From: Candidatus Omnitrophota bacterium
Lineage (GTDB): Bacteria > Omnitrophota > Gorgyraeia > Duberdicusellales > 4484-171
Direction of reading: 5' to 3'
NCBI GenBank assembly: GCA_043815185.1
Contig: JBDRJF010000001.1
Span: forward strand, 89,690 to 153,689
Length of the DNA stretch: 64,000 nt
In this document: positions 35,684-44,969 of the stretch, in pieces
Numbering within the stretch: position 1 is the stretch's first letter
Layout: each line of letters begins with the position of its first letter
Translations under genes and position numbers: made by a program
The notes under the pieces: model-generated
The model's database searches: none
What the model was told of the DNA's origin: nothing
The model's input: the letters and a program-made list of their open reading frames with translations, nothing else

Positions 35684-37219
35684 ATGGAACAGGAATATTT
35701 AAGCCCGACTCAAGCCGCTAAAATTCTAAAAATATCCCGTCAAGCAGTTATTGAACGCATAAAACATGGAGCCCTTTACGCTGAGCGGGTGGGAAAACGA
35801 TATATAATCCCCCGGGGTGAACTTCCCACCGAAGATGCTCTCTTAAAAGATCGGAAAACCAAAACAAACATTTCCTTGGAGAGTAAGAAGAGCCGGAAGG
35901 ATATGATAAGAAAAGTTTTAGAAAAGGTGCATCGGGAAAATATAAAGACCATACAGCTCTGGTTTGTGGATATCTTAGGAACCTTAAAATGCGTTTCGAT
36001 TACCCAAAGAGAATTAAAAGATGCTTTAGGCCATGGCAAGGGGTTTGACGGTTCTTCTGTTACCGGTTTTGCCGAAGCTGAAGAAAGTGATATTGTTGCT
36101 TTGCCAGATCCTGCCACTTTTAAAGTCTTGCCTTGGACGATTGAAACCGGTCCTATTGCCAGAATGCTCTGCGATATACTCAGCCCTGATTTTACCCCTT
36201 ATGCTGGTGATAGCCGCTATGTTCTTAAAAGAGCCTTGGCCCGGGCAAAGAAGTTAGGCTTTACTTTCTATGTCGGACCAGAGTTAGAATACTTTTACTT
36301 TAAGTCTGCTCGAAAACCAGAAATTATAGACGAAGGTTCTTACTTTGAGCTAATACCCAACGATTTAGCCAATACCTTAAGAAATAAAACCGTAAAAGTC
36401 TTAGAAGAGATGGGTATACCGATGGAGGCAACCCACCATGAAGTTGCCCCTTCACAACATGAAATTGACCTAAAATATAACGATGCTCTTACTATGGCTG
36501 ACAACGTAATAACTTGTAAATATGTGATCAAGGAAATTGCCCAACAGAATGGCGTCTATGCTACTTTTATGCCCAAACCCCTCTTTGGAGTGAATGGTTC
36601 AGGAATGCATGTTCACCAATCGTTGTTTAAGGGCAGCCAAAATTCTTTCTTTGATAAAAAAGACAAGTATCACCTTTCATCCGTGGCCAAAGGATTCATT
36701 GCTGGTGAACTAAAGCATGCCCGGGAAATTTCCTCTCTAACTGCTCAGTGGGTAAATTCCTATAAACGTCTGGTTTCCGGGTATGAAGCGCCGGTATATG
36801 CTTCCTGGGCTCAAAAAAACCGTACTGCTCTGCTGCGAGTTCCGGTATACCGGCCGAGAAACGAAAAAGCAACCCGGGTAGAATTACGCTGCCCTGACCC
36901 CGCTTGCAACCCCTACTTAGCCTTTGCCGTAATGCTAGCAGCCGGGTTGGAAGGTGTAGAAAAGAAATATCAGCTTCCTCCTGCTGTTGAACCTAATATC
37001 TACCGGATGGCTATGGAAGAAAGAGAACGAAGGGGGCTTACCTCACTTCCCGGGAATCTTTTTGAAGCCATTATTGAAACTGAAAAAAGTACCTTTGTGC
37101 GGGAAACTTTGGGAGCCCACATCTTCAACAGATTCTTGTTCAATAAAAAGAAAGAATGGGAAGATTACCGGATCCAGATTACTGAACATGAAATTAAGAA
37201 ATACCTTCCCCTGCTCTAG
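35684..37219 (+). CDS. glnA: type I glutamine synthetase with N-terminal excisionase/MerR-type HTH domain
   Basis: ATG 35684 follows an AAGGAGG Shine-Dalgarno sequence (the track start GTG 35663 is rejected). Residues 4-48 (EYLSPTQAAKILKISRQAVIERIKHGALYAERVGKRYIIPRGEL) look like HTH_17. From about aa 85 it is a full GS (QLWFVDILG, GSGMHVHQS, NRTALLRVP). Confidence 0.85.
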   Translation: MEQEYLSPTQAAKILKISRQAVIERIKHGALYAERVGKRYIIPRGELPTEDALLKDRKTKTNISLESKKSRKDMIRKVLEKVHRENIKTIQLWFVDILGTLKCVSITQRELKDALGHGKGFDGSSVTGFAEAEESDIVALPDPATFKVLPWTIETGPIARMLCDILSPDFTPYAGDSRYVLKRALARAKKLGFTFYVGPELEYFYFKSARKPEIIDEGSYFELIPNDLANTLRNKTVKVLEEMGIPMEATHHEVAPSQHEIDLKYNDALTMADNVITCKYVIKEIAQQNGVYATFMPKPLFGVNGSGMHVHQSLFKGSQNSFFDKKDKYHLSSVAKGFIAGELKHAREISSLTAQWVNSYKRLVSGYEAPVYASWAQKNRTALLRVPVYRPRNEKATRVELRCPDPACNPYLAFAVMLAAGLEGVEKKYQLPPAVEPNIYRMAMEERERRGLTSLPGNLFEAIIETEKSTFVRETLGAHIFNRFLFNKKKEWEDYRIQITEHEIKKYLPLL

Positions 37220-37247
37220 GGCTTAAACTGAAGAGAATTTGCGATAT

Positions 37248-37285
37248 AAAAAGGCGCCTCCTCAAAACCGGAGGCGCCTTTTATT
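37248..37285. terminator. bidirectional intrinsic terminator between convergent glnA and gdhA
   Basis: aaaaaGGCGCCTCC-tcaaaacc-GGAGGCGCCttttatt. It has an A-run upstream and a T-run downstream. Confidence 0.8.
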
Positions 37286-37310
37286 ATCTTTATTAAACTT
37301 AATTCTCTAC

Positions 37311-38666
<1,356 letters not shown>

Positions 38667-38679
38667 TTAAAATATTTTA

Positions 38680-40098
38680 TTACTTTTGAGAAAGATGTCT
38701 AATTATTCCTTGGCATGCCTTCTTTGCCATACCCATAGCTTCGATGACTGTTCCTTCTCCTCCGACAATATCTCCTCCGGCAAATACACCCTTTACAGAA
38801 GTCTCCATACTTTCCGAATCTACTTCCAGATCGCCGTATTTATCAACTTTTAAATCCGGAGTAACACTAGTCAAGACTCTGTTGGCGCCTAAACCCACTG
38901 CCACTATAGCTAAATCGCAATGATTTTCAAAATCACTGCCTTCAATAGGTAAAGGCCTCCTTCGCCCCGATTCATCCGGCTCACCCAAGCGGCACTCTAA
39001 AGATCTTATTTTCTTCACAAAACCTGAGCCATCACTGCTAAACTCCTGGGGCTGAACTAAAAATTTAAAAAGAACTCCTTCTTCCTTAGCATGCTCAATC
39101 TCTAAGCGCCTTGCCGGCATCTCAATTTCTCTACGTCGATAAAAGATTGTTACGCTCGGCTTAATTCCCTTTATCTTCTGCAGGCGCAAAGCAACTCGGG
39201 CCGCATCCATAGCGGTATTACCTCCACCGATAACAACCATATTCTCACCGACATTAATCGGAGTATGGAATTGAGGGAATTTATATGCTGACATAAGATT
39301 TACCCGAGTTAGAAACTCATTAGCCGAATAAACATTGCAGAAATTCTCACCCTTTATCTTTAAAAAAGATGGCACACCAGCGCCTAAACCTAAAAATACC
39401 GCTGAAAACCTCTCTCTGAAAAGTTCATCCAAAACCTTGGTTCTTCCGATAATAAGATTAGGTATAAATTCCACTCCTAACTTTTTAAGATAGTCTAGCT
39501 CAAAGTCTAAAATATCCCGCGGTAACCTGAAAGGCGGAATGCCATATCTTAAGACTCCTCCGGTTTTATGTAACCCTTCAAAAATAACTGATTGTATACC
39601 CTGGCGGCTTAATTCTCCAGCTACAGACAAACCAGCCGGCCCGGAGCCCACAATTGCTACTTTAAATTTAGAAAACCTTCCTTTTTTTTGCAAAGGAACT
39701 TCTAAATTATTCCTGATCCCGTAATCACCGACGAACCTCTCTAGAAAATGAATGTTAATTGCTTCCTCGGAAGCAAAAGGTAAACCCTTTTTACTAAATA
39801 CACAAGTCTTCCGGCATTGATACTCAGCCGGACAAACCCTTCCGCAGATAGAAGGAAAATCATTCTTTTCTCTAATCTTAAAATAAGCTCCCTCATAGTC
39901 TTTCTCTGTAATCTGGGCGATGAATTTCTTTATATCTATTTCTACCGGACAACCATCAATACAAGTAGGATTCTTACATTGAATACAGCGCTTAGCTTCA
40001 AGAAGAGCCTCTTCTTCATTGTAGCCAAGAGCAACTTCTTCAAAGTTACTTGCTCTAACTTTCGCCTCTAATTCTCTTATTCTTACCGGTTCTTTCAT
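38680..40098 (-). CDS. nfnB: GltD-like NADPH-dependent oxidoreductase, large subunit (NfnB / SudA type)
   Basis: N-terminal Cys clusters CIQCKNPTCIDGCP, VAIVGSGPAGLSVA, and a second GGGNTAMD fold. Paired with a PyrK-like subunit. Confidence 0.75.
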   Translation of the reverse strand: MKEPVRIRELEAKVRASNFEEVALGYNEEEALLEAKRCIQCKNPTCIDGCPVEIDIKKFIAQITEKDYEGAYFKIREKNDFPSICGRVCPAEYQCRKTCVFSKKGLPFASEEAINIHFLERFVGDYGIRNNLEVPLQKKGRFSKFKVAIVGSGPAGLSVAGELSRQGIQSVIFEGLHKTGGVLRYGIPPFRLPRDILDFELDYLKKLGVEFIPNLIIGRTKVLDELFRERFSAVFLGLGAGVPSFLKIKGENFCNVYSANEFLTRVNLMSAYKFPQFHTPINVGENMVVIGGGNTAMDAARVALRLQKIKGIKPSVTIFYRRREIEMPARRLEIEHAKEEGVLFKFLVQPQEFSSDGSGFVKKIRSLECRLGEPDESGRRRPLPIEGSDFENHCDLAIVAVGLGANRVLTSVTPDLKVDKYGDLEVDSESMETSVKGVFAGGDIVGGEGTVIEAMGMAKKACQGIIRHLSQK

Positions 40099-40101
40099 TT
40101 C

Positions 40102-40163
40102 ATGGATACAATCTATCGGTTGAGGCTTAGCCTCAACCGGCTCCGCCTTCGGCGGAGATTGTA
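40102..40163 (-). repeat. copy B of the two-hairpin intergenic element (first copy at 18856..18916)
   Basis: Minus strand: TACAATCTCCGCCGAAGGCGGAGCCGGTTGAGGCTAAGCCTCAACCGATAGATTGTATCCAT. It occupies essentially the whole nfnA-nfnB spacer. Confidence 0.7.
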
Positions 40164-40167
40164 TACC

Positions 40168-40998
40168 TCATAACTTGTAAAGATTACAAATATGTTTCTC
40201 TTTGTCCTCGTATACCTTATTCCTCTTAATTAGCTCATCCCAATCGATTAGAGAAGCATCAAATTCCGGACCATCTACACAAGTAAATTTGACTACTCCA
40301 TCCACGGTAACCCGACAACCTCCGCACATACCAGTAGCATCAATCATCAATGAATTTAATGATACTAAAGTCTTTATCCCCGAATCTTTAGTGACTAACG
40401 AAACTTTTTTCATCATCGGGACCGGGCCAACAGCATAAATAAGACCATGCTGCTCCTTACTAATAAGTTCTTTTAATATATCGGTAGTAAATCCCTTCTG
40501 ACCGCAAGAGCCGTCGTCAGTAGCGATAAGTAGCTCATCAGAAACTGTTTTTAGCTCCCCTTCTAAGATTAAGAGATCTTTTGTCCTTGCTCCCAGTATA
40601 GTAGTCACCTGATTCCCGGCAGCCTTTAACTCTCTAGCTGCCGGATAGATCTCGGCAATACCGACCCCTCCTCCTACTAAAATTACCTTCCCGTATTTTT
40701 TTATCTCGGTATGGTGGCCTAAGGGGCCAACTAAAGCGTAGAGGGACTCACCGATCTCTAAGCGGCCTAGGAGCTTAGTAGTCAACCCTACCTCTTGGAC
40801 AATTAAGGTGATAGTGCCGTCTTCTGTATCTTTCTCAACTACGGTTAACGGCACTCTTTCCCCGACTTCCGATACCATCAAAATTACGAATTGACCCGGC
40901 TTTGCTTTTTCAGCAATATCGGGAGCGACTACCTTTAATTGAGTAATCCTTACCCCTAAAGCATCAACTAAGATATTCTTTTCCACTATTTTTGCCAT
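40168..40998 (-). CDS. nfnA: PyrK-like FAD/[2Fe-2S] electron-transfer subunit (NfnA / SudB type)
   Basis: Ferredoxin-reductase fold (GQFVILM, VGGGVGIA) and C-terminal MCGGCRV...CVDGPEF. Confidence 0.75.
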   Translation of the reverse strand: MAKIVEKNILVDALGVRITQLKVVAPDIAEKAKPGQFVILMVSEVGERVPLTVVEKDTEDGTITLIVQEVGLTTKLLGRLEIGESLYALVGPLGHHTEIKKYGKVILVGGGVGIAEIYPAARELKAAGNQVTTILGARTKDLLILEGELKTVSDELLIATDDGSCGQKGFTTDILKELISKEQHGLIYAVGPVPMMKKVSLVTKDSGIKTLVSLNSLMIDATGMCGGCRVTVDGVVKFTCVDGPEFDASLIDWDELIKRNKVYEDKEKHICNLYKL

Positions 40999-41040
40999 TA
41001 TTCTCTCTAATTACTAACCTGATTCCCTAAGGATTCTCGC

Positions 41041-41101
41041 CATAAAATAAAAAAAGCGCCTTTTCTTTTACATCTTGTATAAAGAAAAGACGCCTTCGTC
41101 C
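41041..41101 (-). promoter_or_regulatory. nfnA-nfnB-gdhA leader: conserved hairpin plus U-tract motif (copy X)
   Basis: Minus strand: GGACGAAGGCGTCTTTTCTTTATACAAGATGTAAAAGAAAAGGCGCTTTTTTTATTTTATGG. The 13-bp stem has a G-U at the same position as copy Y. Confidence 0.6.
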
Positions 41102-41107
41102 TTCCTT

Positions 41108-41135
41108 AATATAACAATACAAATTAAATTGTCAA
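41108..41135 (-). promoter_or_regulatory. sigma70-like promoter TTGACA-16-TATATT immediately upstream of leader motif X
   Basis: The minus strand reads TTGACAatttaatttgtattgtTATATT, lying 18 nt downstream of the stop of the preceding gene. Confidence 0.5.
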
Positions 41136-41152
41136 GGGATTTCTTAATCGAT

Positions 41153-41623
41153 TTACGGGGTAAACCACAGTTGAACTATTCCGCTAACTGCTAAACTTAC
41201 TATTAAACCAGCAACAGCCACACCCAAAAAAATTGCTAAAAACGCTCTCCTTACTGGTATCTCAAATAAAGTTGCAGCTACTGTTCCAGTCCAGGCTCCA
41301 GTTATTGGCAAGGGTATAGCCACAAAAAGAATCAGGCCCCAGAATCTCCAACGTTCCACAAGCTTTGATCTTTCCTCTACCTTACTAAACCACCACTTAA
41401 AAAACTTATCTAGAAATTTTATGTTCTCCAGGTGATGAAAAGAATACTTAAAGAACAATAACAATGGTAAGACTGGAATCAAATTGCCTAAAAGAACCAG
41501 AAAGTAAAGACGAGTCAAAGGCACTCCTAGGGCAAAACCTAAAGGTATCGCGCCCCGTAACTCAAAAATAGGCAGGGCTGCTGTCCCGATTACTTTAAAT
41601 TCATCGACTCCAACCATATTCAC
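41153..41623 (-). CDS. small integral membrane protein (COG2426 / small multidrug export-like)
   Basis: ALPIFELRGAIPLG motif and four predicted TM segments. Confidence 0.55.
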   Translation of the reverse strand: MNMVGVDEFKVIGTAALPIFELRGAIPLGFALGVPLTRLYFLVLLGNLIPVLPLLLFFKYSFHHLENIKFLDKFFKWWFSKVEERSKLVERWRFWGLILFVAIPLPITGAWTGTVAATLFEIPVRRAFLAIFLGVAVAGLIVSLAVSGIVQLWFTP

Positions 41624-42272
41624 CTACCAAAGGAACAAATCTGCATCCACAAACCTCTTGCTCACTTATTTTATCTTGAGAAACTCTATCTATGACCGTT
41701 AAATCCTGATGAAACCGCTCACCTAAAGGAATCACAATCTTCCCCCCTATTTTAAGCTGTTCAATAAGTGCCGGCGGCGTCTGGGAAACGGCAGCAGTAA
41801 CAATTATTCGGTCATAAGGAGCTTGCTCCGGCCAGCCCAAAGTTCCGTCTCCCACCTTTATCTTAACCGCTAGCTTCAAAGAATCTAAAACTTTCTTGGC
41901 TTTCTTTGCTAAAGAAGGAAATCTTTCTATAGTATAAACCTGAGCTCCTAAAAAAGCAAGAATTGCTGCCTGATACCCACTACCACAACCAACCTCAAGA
42001 ACCCGCATCTTTGGTCTAAGCTTTAAATGCTGAGTCATTAAGGCTACCATATAGGGCTGGGAAATGGTCTGCTCGCTACCAATAGGCAGGGGCGAATCAC
42101 TGTAGGCAAATCTCTTTTGGGCATCCGGGACAAAAATATGACGGGGGATGCTTTTAAAAGCCTCAAGGATTCTGGCATCATCAATCCGCCGGCCAAGAAT
42201 TTGTCGAGAAACCATCTCTTCCCTTAAACTGACAAAAGCATCCTCACTCATCTTTTGATTACAATGGCTCAT
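41601..42272 (-). CDS. pcm: protein-L-isoaspartate O-methyltransferase
   Basis: TISQPYMVA and VLEVGCGSGYQAA motifs. Confidence 0.9.
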   Translation of the reverse strand: MSHCNQKMSEDAFVSLREEMVSRQILGRRIDDARILEAFKSIPRHIFVPDAQKRFAYSDSPLPIGSEQTISQPYMVALMTQHLKLRPKMRVLEVGCGSGYQAAILAFLGAQVYTIERFPSLAKKAKKVLDSLKLAVKIKVGDGTLGWPEQAPYDRIIVTAAVSQTPPALIEQLKIGGKIVIPLGERFHQDLTVIDRVSQDKISEQEVCGCRFVPLVGEYGWSR

Positions 42273-42284
42273 TTATGCTTTTAT

Positions 42285-42995
42285 TCACTTTTCCAACTGT
42301 AAAATAAATTTTATGAACCTTATCGTATCGATGAAAGGGTTTATCCTGCTGCGTAAGCTTTTAAAATAAATACTCTTTATTGGTATGCTTTTTATGGGAA
42401 ATCCTAAACGGGCAGCTTTTATGAGAATTTCGGACTCAATTTCAAAGTTATTGGTCTCTATTTTTATTCTTTCCAAAGTTTCTCTCTTGATCAGGCGAAA
42501 CCCACATTGAGTATCAGGTATCCGCTGCCGGGCTATTCGTGAGATAAGCCAGGACATAAACTTATTAGTAATAACTCGTAACTTCGGCATTCCGGAATGG
42601 TTAAACATTCGGTTACCAACAGTAAAATATGTACCCGAGGCTGCTTCCTGTAAAAACTTATCCAGTTCTACTGGTGAATGTTGGCCATCAGCGTCCATAG
42701 TAATTATATAATCAAAGTCAGCCTTATTAAGAAGATAGGCAATGCCTCGCTTCAAAGACATTCCCTTACCTAAATTCCTATTGTTTCTGATAACAAAATC
42801 GGCTTTCTTTTTAGCTAGTTCATAAGTATTATCTATCGACCCATCATCGACTACAAGCACAGAAAGATTTCGGCTCTTTACCTCATCCAAGATTCCCGAT
42901 AAGCTAAATCGCTCATTGTAGGCAGGAATTATAACCCAAATTTTTATACCTTCTTTATCCTTCATAATTATCAGTCCAGTATTTCTGAAACACAT
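42285..42995 (-). CDS. family 2 glycosyltransferase (polyprenyl-phosphate sugar transferase-like)
   Basis: VIIPAYNE, VVDDGSIDNT, DADGQH and QCGFR motifs. Confidence 0.8.
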   Translation of the reverse strand: MCFRNTGLIIMKDKEGIKIWVIIPAYNERFSLSGILDEVKSRNLSVLVVDDGSIDNTYELAKKKADFVIRNNRNLGKGMSLKRGIAYLLNKADFDYIITMDADGQHSPVELDKFLQEAASGTYFTVGNRMFNHSGMPKLRVITNKFMSWLISRIARQRIPDTQCGFRLIKRETLERIKIETNNFEIESEILIKAARLGFPIKSIPIKSIYFKSLRSRINPFIDTIRFIKFILQLEK

Positions 42996-43803
42996 ACCAC
43001 TGCTGTGGATATTTTTTTATGTATTTTTCTAATACTAAGTTGCATTGCTTAATTATGGCTACCTGGTCTTCGCCAGCCGCACTGTAAGAAATAGCTTTGT
43101 CAAAAATCAGATGATAATAATTCTTGTTTTCGCGAACTAAAAAAATCGGAATAATCGGCGCTTTAGTCTTTAAGGCAAAAAAAGCAACTCCCCGGGGGAA
43201 ATGGGCATATCTGGAAAACATTTCAAGCTTCACTCCTTGACCAGAAAAATCTCTGTCCCCCAAAAGCGCAAGTGTATCTCCTTGTTTAAGGGCCAAAAAA
43301 CAACCGCGAATGGCTGCTCCGGTAGGAATTACTTTCATCCCCACTCTTTGTCGCTGTCGATCAAAGAAATTATTTATTCGCCTATCTTCATGGGTACGGG
43401 CAACTACCGAAAGGGGGTAACCTAAGAGGGCCACAATTGCTCCGGCCAGTTCATAATTCCCCAGATGAGCAGCAAAGATAATGGCTCCCCTACCCTTAGC
43501 TAAAACATTCTTGAGATTATCCAGACCACTAATCCGTACGTATTTTTTTATAAACTTCAGGTTTAGCTTCGAATAACGAAAAAAATCTACCAAATAATAA
43601 GCAAAGTTGATAAAAATTTCTTGAGCGTATTGTTTTAATTTACTCTTATCCACAACTATTGGAGAAAGATTGTAAATTACGGACTCACGATCCCTTTTGG
43701 AGATATAGTAACAGATTACTGCGAAGAATTTAGCCAATAGATAACAAATTTTTCGGGGTAAGATTGAAGTTAGTACGTTTCCCAGACAATAAAGATAGTA
43801 CAT
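42955..43803 (-). CDS. lysophospholipid / lipid A (LpxL-HtrB family) acyltransferase
   Basis: AHLGNYE catalytic motif and the expected size. Confidence 0.7.
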   Translation of the reverse strand: MYYLYCLGNVLTSILPRKICYLLAKFFAVICYYISKRDRESVIYNLSPIVVDKSKLKQYAQEIFINFAYYLVDFFRYSKLNLKFIKKYVRISGLDNLKNVLAKGRGAIIFAAHLGNYELAGAIVALLGYPLSVVARTHEDRRINNFFDRQRQRVGMKVIPTGAAIRGCFLALKQGDTLALLGDRDFSGQGVKLEMFSRYAHFPRGVAFFALKTKAPIIPIFLVRENKNYYHLIFDKAISYSAAGEDQVAIIKQCNLVLEKYIKKYPQQWYVFQKYWTDNYEG

Positions 43804-44930
43804 TAACTTATTAACTCTAAGATTAGATCAACGATCCTTAAAGAAGAATCAATGTAAGAATTTTCTTTCGCCCTTTCTCTTAAGGAATACATTCTTTTCT
43901 TATTTTGCAGCAGGCTGTTGATAATTTCACCTATATCTTTGGCATGATCAGATTTTATTATCGCCTGCTTTTTAGAGAGATAACTTACATTTCTTTCTTC
44001 CTGGCCGGGAATGGAGTAAGTGACAATTATACATAAACCCTTGGCTAAAGCCTCGGAAATAGTTATGCCGCCGCCTTTGGTAATAATAATATCAGAAAAA
44101 TCCATCACTTTATGGATATTTTCTGTATAACCAAAGACAAAAAGCGGTTTTTTAAATTTTTCTCTTTTCTTAAGAAACCAATTATGAAGCTTTTTGTTCC
44201 TACCACAAACTACTATAATCTGAAAATTATCCTCAAGAACATCCAGCTTCCTGGCAATACTTTTTATCGGACCGATACCTAACCCACCTCCCATTATTAA
44301 TACTGAATCTAAATCAGCTACAAAACCCAATTCACGGCTAATCTGTTCCTTAGGGTAACTGGTCAAGAATTTCACTGAAATAGGTATTCCCAATATTTTT
44401 ACTTTTTCTGCGTCTATTCCCTCACTAATTAAAACATTTTTTGCTTCCTGGCAAGCAACAATATATCGATCAACAAAAGGATGAATCCAGAAACGATGAG
44501 GATGATAGTCGGTTATTATCGCCACTAAAGGACACTTTAATCCCATTTTTTCTTTAAAGTCGGCAATTAAACCGCAAGGGAAAGCCTGAGTAGCTACAAA
44601 ACAATCAGGTGGATAGCGAGTTATCAACTTATTCAATCGGGAAAAAGTAAATCTATTTATTATTTTACGATAAGGAGTAAGAGCTTTTACCACTTTACGC
44701 CGGTCATAAGCTTTCCCCCAAATATGCGGAAAGTGTTTTATAATTGTAATATAAATAGAGTTAACTATCTTCTCCCCCCGGGGATAAAAATAACCAAGAC
44801 CATTGAGATTCAAAACATCAATCTGGGGATTCTTATAATGGAGAGCTTCTTTTAAATTCTGAGCAGCCTTATTATGGCCACCAGATTCCGAAATATGAAA
44901 AATATGAACTTTCTTTGGCTTCTTATGCAT
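43803..44930 (-). CDS. GT28-family glycosyltransferase, MGDG-synthase / UgtP-like
   Basis: An N-terminal MGDG_synth-like region (SESGGHNKAAQNL) and a C-terminal GT-B half (ITKGGGITISEALA). Confidence 0.7.
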   Translation of the reverse strand: MHKKPKKVHIFHISESGGHNKAAQNLKEALHYKNPQIDVLNLNGLGYFYPRGEKIVNSIYITIIKHFPHIWGKAYDRRKVVKALTPYRKIINRFTFSRLNKLITRYPPDCFVATQAFPCGLIADFKEKMGLKCPLVAIITDYHPHRFWIHPFVDRYIVACQEAKNVLISEGIDAEKVKILGIPISVKFLTSYPKEQISRELGFVADLDSVLIMGGGLGIGPIKSIARKLDVLEDNFQIIVVCGRNKKLHNWFLKKREKFKKPLFVFGYTENIHKVMDFSDIIITKGGGITISEALAKGLCIIVTYSIPGQEERNVSYLSKKQAIIKSDHAKDIGEIINSLLQNKKRMYSLRERAKENSYIDSSLRIVDLILELIS

Positions 44931-44969
44931 AGTCTGTTAGTGTAAACAACTGTCTATTCTTGCCAATAG

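Noticed and set aside
41056-41093. Treating the 41056..41093 hairpin as nothing more than the terminator of the 41153..41623 gene
   Set aside because: It may well terminate that transcript. However, a near-consensus promoter lies between the stop codon and the hairpin, and the hairpin is a sequence paralog of the carB leader hairpin, which has no upstream gene. It was therefore kept as a finding rather than dismissed.
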